Notes: a model not told the origin generated them from the sequence alone. Counted from the first letter of the stretch, positions 27,301 through 40,290 are shown. The stretch: DNA of 64,000 nucleotides from Antedon mediterranea (GCF_964355755.1 NC_092680.1:8990001-9054000); one strand, 5' to 3'. Made by a program: numbers and translations.

Positions 27301-28439
27301 AAGAGTCATTTTGTCATTTCCATATACTGTGACTAATCCAACAAAACTGATATAGGCTACTGTAGGCCCAACAGAAACATTAATTTAATATGATATCTTG
27401 TACATTTTACGAATAGAAACTATTTTTTGCCACCCATGTCGTGTCTAGGCCCACAGTATGAGTATTTTCATTTGCTCTTTACAAATACAGTAGTAAGACA
27501 TAGTTAATTGTTTCTCAATTTTTCAGGTTCATGTTCTTCTTTCAAATTCCGTATTTATCTGAAATGATGATCCAAGCAAATGACTATGGTTTTATTGAAG
27601 ATTGTTTTTATGGTAAATCTAGAACCCCGGCAGACATGTGCACGCAAGACGATATGGAGGCAATGAAATACGCTTTCTCACAAAAAGGTAAATCATCATT
27701 ATCATCATCATTTTCCTAGGGAGCACGTCGTTAATTTGAATAAAGATATTAGAATAAGTGACTTTGATAACTCCATGGGACCAAGACGTGATTTAGAATT
27801 ATTTTTCATTATCTTTAGAATATGTTTGTAAGTTTGATTTCACCACGTATGTCCACATTGTTTGGGTTTAGTTGTGTAAAGAGGATGGTAATCGCAATCT
27901 GTTTCTTGTGTGCTAATATTTTGCAGAATGTTTTTTATGACTCATGAATCATTTAAAATAATACCCATGATATTATGGTACAACCCGGGCCAACCCGACC
28001 GGATCGTATGCGGTTTTCTGGAACTTAGATTCTAAAGCCCATCATCGGATATGTAAAACTAAGAATTTGTGTTCAAGATCTAGAAAAATATTTCTTATGC
28101 CTGTTTTCTATAGAGTAGGCACCGTTCCATTTTAGTTAATTTCGCCATTTTTATAAGAAAATGTTGTTGATATATATAGGTAATGTAACTGCAGCCCTCA
28201 ATTACTATCGGGCATCTTCTAAAACGAAGCCAATGAAATCGAAGAATGTATCAAGCCCAACATTGCTTATTTGGGGCGAAAAGGATGACGTTCTTGAAGT
28301 TGAAATGGCCAAAGGAACTGAGAAGTACGTGGAAAACATGAGGCTAGAAGTTATTGAAGATGCTGGCCATTTTATTATTCAAGATAACCCAGTTGAAGTC
28401 AATAGATTGATAAACGAGTTTCTTAAAGGACAACAATAA
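24392..28439 (+). CDS. EPHX4: Epoxide hydrolase 3/4-like alpha/beta hydrolase, 343 aa (exons 24392-24595, 25846-25970, 26522-26604, 26954-27152, 27527-27687, 28180-28439)
   Basis: N-terminal hydrophobic anchor, HGFPECWY oxyanion motif, DLRGYGES, nucleophile AHDWGG, LNYYR, WGEKD, AGHF; phases of all five introns consistent. Confidence 0.9.
26791..26903. mobile_element. Harbinger-like MITE in epoxide hydrolase intron
   Basis: AGCTCTCTACACTATCAAA ... TTTGATAGTGTAGACAAAGCT inverted ends; related fragments at about 43880-43970 and 56785-56920. Confidence 0.6.
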
Positions 28440-29223
28440 ATTTGACATTATGAATTTATTAATTCTAAAACTTTGCTTGCTTTCATAAAAGTACAGGAAG
28501 GGATTTATTGAATAGTTATTGATATTTAGATTGACCGAATTGCCGAGTGAAACATTTGCTAGCTAGAGACCGTAATTAATGTTATACAGTTAGTAGAATA
28601 CATAAGAGAGACACATTCGGTACTAAAAGTGTAGTTATCCTTAATTGAGATATGCCTTGAAATAGGGTTGGACTTAGTGTTGACATTTTTCCACTGAATG
28701 GTGTCCCAAAGGAGAGCGTTCTACTGTACTTTGGCACTAATTGAATACGATTTTTATTCTATGATGATGTCTCTGTAGGCTAGGCTGACGTAGGCCTACT
28801 ATTGTTCAATGACAGACATAACTATTGATAACTGCAAATTTGGTCAAATATAATTCTAAAGCAACACTGCTACTGTATGAGTCCCCGTATGAGTCCCAGT
28901 GAATGATAGAAATAGTTGAAGACGACAATACAATATCGTATACGTATAGCAACACCCAATCAAAAATATAAAATGCATCCACATAGGTTTCTATTTTTAT
29001 ATTTCTAGTCCTAATGTACATTAATAGAATGAATAACAGCATTAGTTCAATAAAAAAAAATTGAAGTTTGTCTACACTCCTTTTTACGTTCCCGTAACTT
29101 ACTGAGTCTACAGTACCGACAATAATGTCATTCATAATGCATAGTTGGCGCACCATCCCAGCGATTTATGGATGGATGAAAGAAGGAAATCGGAAAGTTT
29201 TGTAATTTCTTTCAAAAATTCAA

Positions 29224-32200
29224 ATGTCGAAAAGTCTCATAACACAAGATTTAAAAGCCAGGTAATTTCTTTGAATTGTTTTCATACTACAGTAAGGGAT
29301 GCTAGGCCTATAATATATAGGCTACTGTAGGTCTAGCTTGGCTTTACCTCGCCTAGGCCTATCTATATGCATAGTAGTACTAGAGGGTAGTTAGTAGTGT
29401 GTGAGCTCCAGGCTTTCATTGAGTCTATCCACTTCGACCAGCCACCACTCGATACCTAGATAGTAAGGGCCTAGCCCAGAAAGTGTGTTTTTCATTCTCA
29501 TTAAGCCTATACAAATACTTCAACCAACCTTTTAATGTATTATTTTGCAGAGTTAGTTCTGTTTTGAACCGAGATACAAAACAATTTGGAAAGAAATTTA
29601 TGTTTGACGGAAACGATGAGACATGCTGGAATTCGGATGAGGTACACGTGACATACTCAAAGTAAACAAAGTGTCCGATTGATACGTATATATACCTACC
29701 TGATATTATGAAACTGGTGCATCAACACAAGCATCGATTGATTATATTTTACAATAATAGACTAGTCCATATTTCCACTCTAATAAGATGGCATGCTGTA
29801 GGCATTTCGTGTTAAAAGCGAATAAACATGTGTTTTAGGGTAATTTTGGGGTACTGAATTCAAATTTGCTGTTTACCCGGCTCAATTTTTAGATCTTCAC
29901 CCTTAAAATGTGAAAAAAAAAATGGCCGCCATTTCAGACTTATTTTGGCTTATAACTTGACTTTTAAGTGACGTAGCAAGTTAAAAATGGTGTCTATACC
30001 TATGTTTGTGATAGTGAAGATTCCAACTATATTGTTATTAAAGTTGCAAATATTCTATTTCAGCCGTCATGTTGAAATCCAAGATGGCCGCCATTTTAAA
30101 CGTATTTTGGCTTATAACTTGACTTTTAATTAACATAGCAAGTTAAAAATAGTTTCTATACCTATGTTTGTGATACTGAGGATTCCAAATATATTGTTAT
30201 TAAAGTTGTAAATATTCTATTTCAGTCGCCATGTTGGAATTCAAGATGGTCGCCATTTAAAACGTATTTTGGCTTATAACTTGACATAAAAGTAACATTT
30301 TTAGAAATGATGTCTATACAGTACCTATGTTTGTGATACTGAGGATTCCAAATATATTGTTATTAAAGTTGTAAATATTCTATTTCAGCCGCCATGTTGA
30401 AATCCAAGATGGCCGCCATCATTTTAAACGTATTTTGACTTATAACTTGACTTTTAATTAACATAGCAAGTTAAAAATGGTTTCTACCTATAGTCCAGTA
30501 AAAGTATGGTTGAACCTAGAACAAATTGCAACATAATTTGTTTTTGTTTTGTCTGGTTGATATGGTCCAAATTAACATCATATCCAAAGTTTACTAAAAT
30601 CGGACATCGTGAAGTGGGTTCATTAGCATAAATTAAAAATGGCCGAACGGTTGGTTTTACTTATTAATTATTATTAATCAGATGTCTTGTTAATTTTGGA
30701 CTGAACAAAAGATGCATGTTTCGAATTCATTCATAATTCATATCTTTGTTTCTTTGCAAGTACAGATAGTTTCTCATTCGAAATGCCACTGAAGATGTTG
30801 CCATTTGCTCCCCAGTGTTTTCTTTAACTACAGATTTTCCACTATATTGCTTCTTCTGTCTTAAAATATTTTTTTAATGATGGCAGAGTAATAGTAGGCC
30901 CCTAATAGATTTAATGCTCCATCTGCATTCAAAGTTTCGATTCCATTTCCTGAAATTTTTTGCCAAGGAAGTTAAATACTGCTTGTTGTAGAAATTTAAA
31001 TACTGTAATTAAGTACCAATTATCAATTTATTCACCATTTCAAATTATTTCAAATTCATAAAGATTTATAACAAATGCTGGTGTGGATGACATAAGAACA
31101 AAGCTTGTTTACCGGTCACCGGTAGTGATGGCAAGTTAGAAAATTACCCAAACCCTTTGAATACCGTTGATATGCAGTATCTTTAACTGATGGTTCTTCA
31201 TCCTTGTTGGCACAATATAATGTCCTTTATGCTCGATGAATCTTGGAAACAGCATTATAATATAAGCCAAAAAAGTTGTTGACTTGGTCATCAAACAGGT
31301 AAAATTCTGGCAATGAAATAGCAACTTTGATTGCAGATGAAGATGCTCACTTGTTATACCAAAAACTGCAATATGACATTATTTATTTCATGTGTCATTT
31401 CAATTTTGGATGTTTCCATACACGTTTGATCCAAAGATTGGGGTAATGTTTCACAACTATTAGGCGCTATATAAATCCACGATATTATTGTATGAAAACT
31501 ATTAATTTGATATCTAATTATTATACTATAAATTAAACTTATATTTATAAGTGTATAGGCCTACATATTACCACTAATTGCAAAGCATATAGCTTAGTGT
31601 TTATTGCGTAATAATTGTTTAATGGGCTAGGCCGGCTATGTGCAGGTGTTCACAGGTCCCCAGGGCACAGAGAACTACATGCACAACAGGCCTAGGATAT
31701 GCGCAAAAGCAAGGCAAGTCAGAAATGTATGCGAGGCATCGTTTTACCATCATCAAAAAATGCGAGGCATCATTTTATCATTTCCCAAAATTTAGGATCG
31801 ATTATTATTCTTGGAAAACAGAACAGTATCAGCAGTAACATATTACAGCATTTTTATTGACAAATTAACAAATATATTGAGATTAAACGTGTTTTTCACC
31901 AATAAATGCATGAGAAATTGACGTATTCCACTTTGTTTTAGTCCTCTATTATCATTTTGGCCGTGAAGCTATATAGTTAATTCTATTTCCTTATTCTGAA
32001 TTGAAGGCATAATACTGTAGATGAAAAAACCTCAAAACGAAACCTCTACTTCCTCTGGTATCCAGTATCATTTACTACTATGGCTAATGCTATCATCTTA
32101 CACTATTGGTAATTTTATAAATTACAGTACCTTTTTTTGTAAACATTTTGTACTGTACCTTTATAAGTGTTACCCCAAATGTCACTCATTAATATATGGT

Positions 32201-35200
32201 AATATCAATGCATAAATAAAATAAATTATACACTACTTTTTAGCAGTTTTTTCAATTTATATATTATTATTATACTGATGTCTTTATCAATTGTTGTTTG
32301 TATACATTTAACATGTTTGTTTTTTTACCAATTTTACAATCTATTTCTATTCCGAGAAATGTTTTGATATAAATACGTTGTTGTTGTATTGAATTGATTC
32401 TGTGAAGTCTTTTTGACCAACTCTTTCATTATCATTATGAACAAACAATTTGAACATTGTAGTCAACTTATACCAGCCACGATATGACTTGAATGAAAAA
32501 AACAATCGTTACATATTAAATAAACAACATAGCAAGATGAGTGTATACACGAATCTATTTCGATGCGCTAGGCCTATTTTAAAAATATAAATAATTGATT
32601 ATTAGGCCTATAATATAGCATAATAGCACGTTAAGAAATGCCTCGCACCTTTTTGAAATTGTAAACTATATGCCTCGCACCTTTTTGAAATTGTAAACTA
32701 ATGCCTCGCGTGCCTCACACTTATATTTGGTGTGCCTCGCTGCCTCGCACAATCGAATTGGAACAATACAATGAAAACCCCAGTGGTCTAATGGTTAGGA
32801 TATCTGCATATCAAGCAGAAGGTTCCGGGTTTTAATCTCGGAGAGGGCTTTTTCTCACTCTCACAGGTTTCGTCATTTTTATTTTTTCTAATTAATTAAA
32901 TTTCATTATATCGGGCGGATTAGAATTTATTCTGTGATGTTTATATACTGTATATATATATATATATATATTTTTTTCTCTTTTGTGGCGCAAACACTAC
33001 TTTTATTCACATTCCTATTATCTCATGTCATTAAATCATATTATTTAACACATTTTTGTTAATTCCAAATGTCATCAGTAACATTTTTACGTTTATGAAT
33101 TCCGTATTACCTCCTTTTTTCATTAATTTTCTTATATTTTTCTAAACACTTGATCATCATTATCATCTATCTCGTTTTAAAATATTTTACACGTAAAGAA
33201 CAATCCCATTTGTTTGTTTGCCTCGCACTTTGTTACTACCCTGTGTGGGTGTGTGTGTGTGTTTAAAATAGGCGCCATCTTTGATTTCAACATGGCGGCT
33301 GTTTACAACTTTAATAACAATATATTTGGAATCCTCAGTATCACAAACATAGGTACTGTATAGACATCATTTCTAACCTACTATGTTACTTATATGTCAA
33401 GTTAAAAGCCAAAATACGTTTTAAATGGCGACCATCTTGAATTCCAACATGGAGGCTGAAATAGAATATTTACAATTGTAATAACAATATATTTGGAATC
33501 CTCAGTATCACAAACATAGGTATAGAAACTATTTTTAACTTGCTATGTTAATTAAAAGTCAAGTTATAAGCCAAAATACGTTTAAAATGGCGGCCATCTT
33601 GGATTTCAACATGGCGGCTGAAATAGAATATTTTAAACTTTAACAACAATATAGTTGGAATCTTCACTATCACAAACATAGGTATAGAAACTATTTTTAA
33701 CTTGCTATGTTAATTAAAAGTCAAGTTATAAGCCAAAATACGTTTAAAATGGCGGCCATCTTGGATTTCAACATGGCGGCTGAAATAGAATATTTTAAAC
33801 TTTAACAACAATATAGTTGGAATCTTCACTATCACAAACATAGGTATAGACACCATTTTTAACTTGCTACGTCACTTAAAAGTCTTAGGCCTATAAGCCA
33901 AAATAAGTCTGAAATGGCGGCCATTTTGTTTTTCACATTTTAAGGGTGAAGATCTAAAAATTGAGCCGGGTAAACAGCAAATTTGAATTCAGCACCCCAA
34001 AATTACCCTAAAACACATGTTTATTCGCTTTTAACACGAAATGCCTACAGCATTTCATTTTTCTCAAATCTGGATATCAATCAATATCAATATATCGTAT
34101 TTTCGACATAATATTAATATATCGTATTTTCAACATAATATTAATATATCGTATTTTCGACATAATATATTAATATATCGTATTTTCGACATAATATTAA
34201 TATATCGTATTTTTGACATAATATTAATATATCCTATTTTCGACATAATATTAATATATCGTATTTTCAACATAATATTAATATATCGTATTTTCAACAT
34301 AATATTAATATATCGTATTTTCGACATAATATTAATATATCGTATTTTCGATATTTACGAAGTAACAATAACATACAATTTCGTGACATCTTTGTAGTAC
34401 ACTATTTACTTTTCTAGGGATCTCCCCAATGGGTGAAGTTAGACTTCCCTAGTGCAGTTTGTATTTCCAGTATTTGTGTACAGTTTCAAGGCGGATTCGT
34501 GGGTAAAGTTTGTACACTTGAAGGTCAGCTGACTGGTACAGAGGAGTTCCAACTTTTGACCGAATGTTATCCCGAAGATTCAAATGCATTACAAGTATCC
34601 TTTTCTTAATGTCCGTGGTTTAATAAAAATAAAAATAACTGGAATTTAAAGAGATGTGTTCAATGCAGTATTCACGAGATGATTATGGGTTATTGCCCCC
34701 CCCCCCCCCCCATGAAACTCTATGTAAGGGTTATTTACAGTAGTTTAGTTTCCACTTTCGGCATCTTCGACTAATGGTAGGGCATCTTCCACGTACATTT
34801 TTTCGCGACAGAAAAAATAAGTTACACACGCACGACACGACGTATTGCGCGATTCTTTATCCAAATTCTAAAGTGTTATATTCAATTCCATACAAAAACC
34901 CAAAACCTTATTGCATACACAATACTGTAGTCATTCCCACTCCTAAAGTAACGCAAAGCTCCGCTTATATTCGGTCGTAATAGCCAGCTTGATTGACAAA
35001 CAAACTGTTAATTTGATCTTCAAATAAATAAATGACCATAAGCTGGATCAGGTTTTGTATTGCGGCCAATACAAATTCGTGATTATGGTTTAATTGTGGG
35101 CGTATGATTGTTGAAAATGGGCCGGTTAAGTTGACTAAATTGAAACTGTCTTAATACTGTCAAAAATTCTTTAAATTCTTCATTTTGTTTTCATATCTCT

Positions 35201-36783
35201 TTCATTTTCCGTATTAAATATAACAACCATTCATGAAGCATGTCGGTTAAAAAATATAGCTATTTCATCAATAGTTCAAATTACTTTCGGTTTAGATACC
35301 TACCTGTGCATAAACGGCTAAATATTACGATATTTCCATACATACGCAGGGACACTATTAAGACACTTTCCTGTGAAACGATCGAGGGTAAATATATATT
35401 ATTATGTTTTAATACTACAGCCAACCCGTATTCAGGATACACCACTATTAAGGGGTCCTGGATGTGTTCTATCGTAATAGGGTTTTAATGTGGTTCTTAC
35501 GCCGTTGGGAAGAACTTACTATTATATTAATCAAGCATACGTGTTTCAGGTATGGAAATCGTTGTACAGTACTTGTATTTACCTTGCAAATATTTGGAAC
35601 CTGCAGTTCTGTAAACCTGAGTGAATATCACATATTTTACAGATTTAATCACACAATAGTGAATGAGCACGGCTGAGTGCGTTCTTAGTCGACGTCACAT
35701 GTGTTACTGTACATAATTTTGTTTTTGACGCGTCGAAACTGAACGACATTATTGATTTTGATCGGATCCGGTACGATCCTCATACAACAAGGGCAGTAAA
35801 TAATAGTTACATTATTAGGCCTAAGGGTACTGCTTCGTTTCAACATATTTTGAAAAAACTTGAATGTTATTTTGATCTGAGGTAAGAAAGATTTAATTTA
35901 GGAAACGTTTTTTAGTTTTTGCTTGCTTATTTTATTTTGTTGTCATTTGATGATTTCGTGGTCTAACGATTATGTTGAATACCGTAAAATATGTGTGTCT
36001 GTTTACAATTGCACTTTCGTTTTGTCAACCTCACCTATTTCTGACATTAACGTACTGTATATCCACGATATCGAATAATTTAAATTAAATTCGTTTTTTG
36101 GTGCTGATAAAGAATATAATTGCACTCAGATTCTTCATATTTAAAATAAAACCATCGCTTTTATGTACACTATACGACAGTACAAACAGTTTGGCCTACA
36201 TTACAGTCGAACGCACGTTTAACGCACCGTCACTAATTTCTCCTTTTTTTCATCTAAACTTTCCGATGATGCGGGATTCAATGAGTGATATAATATTGTT
36301 TGCACAACGTAATACTGTAGTCTAAAATACTCGGGTGTTTTTTCTGGTAATTGTTCGTAAACTCTAGTCGCCGATCGAATCTGATTAAAACAGGGTTTGT
36401 TAAAAAATATGACCGCTTGTTGGAGAGTGATTTTGTTGAAAAGTTCGTAATAAGTGTGCCGGGTGGTTATTTACTGTACATGCACATACTGTTGTTTAAG
36501 CTTGGTTCCCACAGGACGCAGCGTAAATACGTAAGCGCAACCGCAAGTAAGTTGACCAATCACAAGCAATGGATTATTGCTGTTGCGGTGCCGCGGTGCG
36601 TCCTTGTGGGAAGGAACGTTAGTTTACAAATGATTATTCCTTGATGTTAATAACAAGAAGTTTGCCGTTGACGCCTTTAAAACTGTTCAGCGTGTCAAGA
36701 TTACGTTTAAAGAAAGCACAGACTTCTTTGGCCGAGTGACCATTTACAAGTTGGACATTCTTGGCGATTGGTCATCCTGCTAA
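29224..36783 (+). CDS. NR2C2AP: Nuclear receptor 2C2-associated protein (TRA16), 143 aa (exons 29224-29261, 29551-29641, 34418-34594, 36658-36783)
   Basis: Spliced product MSKSLITQDLKARVSSVLNRDTKQFGKKFMFDGNDETCWNSDEGSPQWV...QFQGGFVGK...YPEDSNALQKF...STDFFGRVTIYKLDILG matches remembered NR2C2AP motifs; phases consistent. Confidence 0.9.
29793..34053. mobile_element. Foldback-type element in NR2C2AP intron 2 with about 700-780 bp inverted arms made of about 162-bp subrepeats
   Basis: ATGCTGTAGGCATTTCGTGTTAAAAGCG... at 29793 and its reverse complement ending 34053; subrepeats with AAGATGGCCGCC at 30081, 30243, 30406 and mirrored at 33270-33920; no clear target duplication. Confidence 0.8.
32778..32847 (+). 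pseudogene. tRNA(Glu/Asp)-derived sequence (pseudo-tRNA or SINE head)
   Basis: GTGGTCTAATGGTTAGGATA A-box/D arm, TCTGC-ATATCAA-GCAGA anticodon arm, degenerate B-box CCGGGTTTTAATCTCGG. Confidence 0.55.
34085..34352 (+). repeat. 27-bp minisatellite (ATATATCGTATTTTCGACATAATATTA), about 10 copies
   Basis: Direct reading. Confidence 0.9.
34595..36657 (+). other. U12-type (minor spliceosome) GT-AG intron of NR2C2AP
   Basis: 5' site GTATCCTTT at 34595; branch TTCCTTGAT at 36637-36645, about 12 nt upstream of AG; no polypyrimidine tract. Confidence 0.85.
36499..36615. mobile_element. Harbinger-like MITE fragment (5050 family)
   Basis: AGCTTGGTTCCCAC start, TTGACCAATCACAAGC, GTGGGAA end. Confidence 0.55.
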
Positions 36784-38204
36784 ACAATAATGGAGTGATC
36801 TTTGAATTATTCAGAGAAGAGTGAGGTCAAATTAATCGAATATCTTAAATAAAAAATCGCAAATCATCACGAGGTATACTTCTTGATGAGTGATATTTCT
36901 GTTGGTTGATGCAGTAGTAGGCCTAATCACTGTTATTGGAACACGGCACACAGCGACACATTACATAATGTATACTAGTATGCAACCGTATGTTTGTAGC
37001 TCTAAATGCGGGAAATTTAAGGGTATCCAGACGCATGTTCTGAGACCTTAAAAATTGAATACACTTTTATACTTTTCATGAGGGAGATAAATATTATAGA
37101 TCATGTTCTTGTAATAATGTAGGCCTAACAATATAATAATGATTATTCGTGTTGAGGCGATGATTAGAGGTCCGACATACTTCATATTAAATATTAGTGG
37201 AATGTGACGATAAAATATGTAAGTTTAATAAAGGAAATTAAATAAATATATTGAAAGTTATCAAGTTGTTTATTCATTGACTGTACCTATCAAGGTAAAC
37301 ATGGTTGTCTGTATTATGTCTGACATTGCTGATTTATGAATGAATTCAATCCAGGTCCGTCCTATTTGCTATACACTTTATAGTGAACGTTGATGTTTAA
37401 TATAATATCTATGGTGATATCAATTACATTACCAGACATTGTATATCGTGTCTATGTGAAAAACATATTAACAGGATTGATTCAATAAATTATGCATTTG
37501 CGTTATACGTTTATATTGTAACTGGACAGTGAGCTGGTTCATACCTAACTTTCTCTATAAAGAACCTAGAAATGAACGAAAGATAACCGAGGTAGGATTG
37601 TTCCTTTGCTAGGTAAGACAAGGCGCAGTGGCAATGCCGCGTAGTATATTCGGGGGAAGGATCGTGAAAACACTAAGCCGATTTACTGGGCTTGTATTTG
37701 TAGCCTATATACCGTACGGTGGTACCTATTTTGTAGGTAGCACAAATAGGCCTCCGTTCACACATGACCTGAAAAATTCAATTCCAGTAGTTAACAAATC
37801 TGCCTGGATTTTCCCCGGAGATCATTACTTTTTTTTCTCGATAAATCTGAATCGTGCAGGGACTGATGTTTAGCATACATCTCTTTAGCAATCTCTTAAA
37901 ATTTACTTCCACCTTCATTTTTCCCATGCCCAACCCAGCCTACGGAACACCCTTATAGAGGAGCTAAAGAGCCCACACGATTGGTACTTATAGTGCAATG
38001 ATCCCCTGGCAGCCCATAACGAAGCTCTACTGGGATTGTGTGCAGGTGAATCGTCAGAGCTAAAATGTGCAAAATCGTGCAAATTTAAACGAGAACCGAA
38101 GAATAAAACTACAAAGCTCATTTGTACTACTTTACTACAAATATTTAATTTAACTAAGAAATCTTTTGTTTTGATTTTACAGACTGTAGCCTAAATAAAC
38201 CAGG

Positions 38205-38432
38205 ATGAAGTTAACTGGCGTCGAAGCCTCAAAGCTCAAATATTACATAGTAGACGAAGACAGGCAGGAGGAGCAAAGGAATGATGATTGTGAAAAACAA
38301 ACCGCATGTAGGCCTACTGGCGGACTAAATTGTATTGAAATCATTTGCAAACTGTTCATATTTCTAATAACATTTATATTCTGTGTAGGACTCATTACTA
38401 TTATATTCAAGATGATAATGTATCAGAGGTAA
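38205..38432 (+). CDS. Putative 75-aa microprotein with C-terminal transmembrane helix (paralog A)
   Basis: Strong acceptor TTTTGATTTTACAG at 38182, in-frame upstream TAA then ATG; charged N-terminus then CKLFIFLITFIFCVGLITIIFK; similar to 40561 ORF. Confidence 0.55.
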   Translation: MKLTGVEASKLKYYIVDEDRQEEQRNDDCEKQTACRPTGGLNCIEIICKLFIFLITFIFCVGLITIIFKMIMYQR

Positions 38433-39113
38433 CATCATCACATCTGCGATACAGAAGAGGAATTACCAGATTGATGTTGCATGCGTTTTGTATATTCAAG
38501 ATGATAATGTATCAGAGGTAACATCATCACATCTGCGATACAGAAGAGGAATTACCAGATTGATGTTGCATGCGTTTTGTATATTCAAGATGATAATGTA
38601 TCAGAGGTAACATCATCACATCTGCGATACAGAAGAGGAATTACCAGATTGATGTTGCATGCGTTTTGTATATTCAAGATGATAATGTATCAGAGGTAAC
38701 ATCATCACATCTGCGATACAAAAGAGGAATTACCAGATTGATGTTGCATGCGTTTTGTATATTCAAGATGATAATGTATCAGAGGTAACATCATCACATC
38801 TGTGATACAAAAGAGGAATTACCAGATTGATGTTGCATGCGTTTTGTATATTCAAGATGATAATGTATCAGAGGTAACATCATCACATCTGTGATACAAA
38901 AGAGGAATTACCAGATTGATGTTGCATGCGTTTTGTATATTCAAGATGATAATGTATCAGAGGTAACATCATCACATCTGTGATACAAAAGAGGAATTAC
39001 CAGATTGATGTTGCATGCGTTTTGTATATTCAAGATGATAATGTATCAGAGGTAACATCATCACATCTGCGATATAAAAGAGGAATTACCAAATTGATGT
39101 TGCATGCGTTTTG
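38403..39113 (+). repeat. 89-bp tandem repeat, 8 copies, overlapping the stop codon of the 38205 ORF
   Basis: ATTCAAGATG recurs at 38405, 38494, 38583, 38672, 38761, 38850, 38939, 39028. Confidence 0.95.
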
Positions 39114-39339
39114 TTTCTTTTGTACATTTGACCAAAAAACTAAAAAAAAGTTAAACTTTTTGTGCATTAAGAAGTTAGGTTTTAGTAATCGTCACAGTAG
39201 GCCTAATCATCATTCAGTCGGAATCACTTTGTATTAAAACAAAAGGGGTTTTAATTATTTATTCTTATTAAAATGAACAATAAACTATTACATTGTCTAC
39301 ATTTGTAAGAGTGGTATAGGCGCATCATCGGTAATAAAT

Positions 39340-39588
39340 TTATTATTGTTTGCTTTCTTTTTTGATTTTTCTCTTTTACTGGGCTTTATTTTTATGTATA
39401 TTTATATATTTATAGTTTTATAAATGTTGTATTTTCTCTTGTTTGTTATGTGCAATTTGGACCCCATTGGAAATGGGCTGGTTTTTCCGGCCTAATGGGT
39501 GTTCCTGATGCTCGTTATTTTGTCTTTTGTCTGTTTGTTATTTTAATGTTGAGCATCAAATAAATTCAATCAATCAATCAATCAATCA
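39340..39588 (+). mobile_element. LINE (CR1/L2-type) 3' end remnant
   Basis: Stem-loop GGACCCCATTGG...CCTAATGGGTGTTCC, AATAAA and (TCAA)n tail. Confidence 0.5.
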
Positions 39589-40290
39589 TTTTATTAATTT
39601 AGTATTTCCCGGTAATATTCATCGATATCATTCACCATGACAACTGAATTTGTATTCTTTGAATAGGCCTACTGCCCTCGATATAAAGTTCATTAAGAAT
39701 TGATCTTATAAATCATGTAGGAATTAAAGCTCTCATGAGAAATTTAGCTTTTGAAACAGGTGACATGACTTATCGAAATTGGCTTACATTTATGAAACAT
39801 GAATACAAACTTTTCATGCAGTTAACTTTGGTCCGCTGAGCATGCTCGTCTGGTATACAATAATCGTATAGGCCTTCTAACCAAGCATATATTGTGTTCC
39901 ACGATGAAGATATTAGTAAGGTGAGGCCAATTGTGTTTATAAAGTTTATACACCTTGATTTATCATTGGTACTGTAGGCCTATATTAAAGTTTCCGTATT
40001 TCAAACGGATGACATTACTTGGCGATATTACCCTCGATTATAAAAACTTGTGGAGAGTACGGGTTATTGATCTATACTGTGATTTTGTTATTGAACATAA
40101 ATTAAAACAGGTTGTTTAATTAGCATAGGTTGGTTTTTAGATTAGACTAATGAACGGACTTTATGAATTTCACTTCTTGGATTGGCTGACACTTGTCAGA
40201 TTGATCACACTGATTAAATATTAAAATGAATTATTAATTGAAATGGACACACGTAATTATATACAAAAATTAATTGAAAAAGATAACCCA

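Noticed and set aside
32778-32847. Functional tRNA gene
   Set aside because: T-loop lacks GTTCRA, acceptor stem imperfect, atypical anticodon loop
34041-34397. ORFs with IYRIFDIIL / KIRYINIM repeats
   Set aside because: Translation of a 27-bp intronic minisatellite
38403-39113. 89-bp array as CRISPR or as coding repeat (ORF 38980-39237)
   Set aside because: No spacers; 89 is not a multiple of three and each unit carries stops
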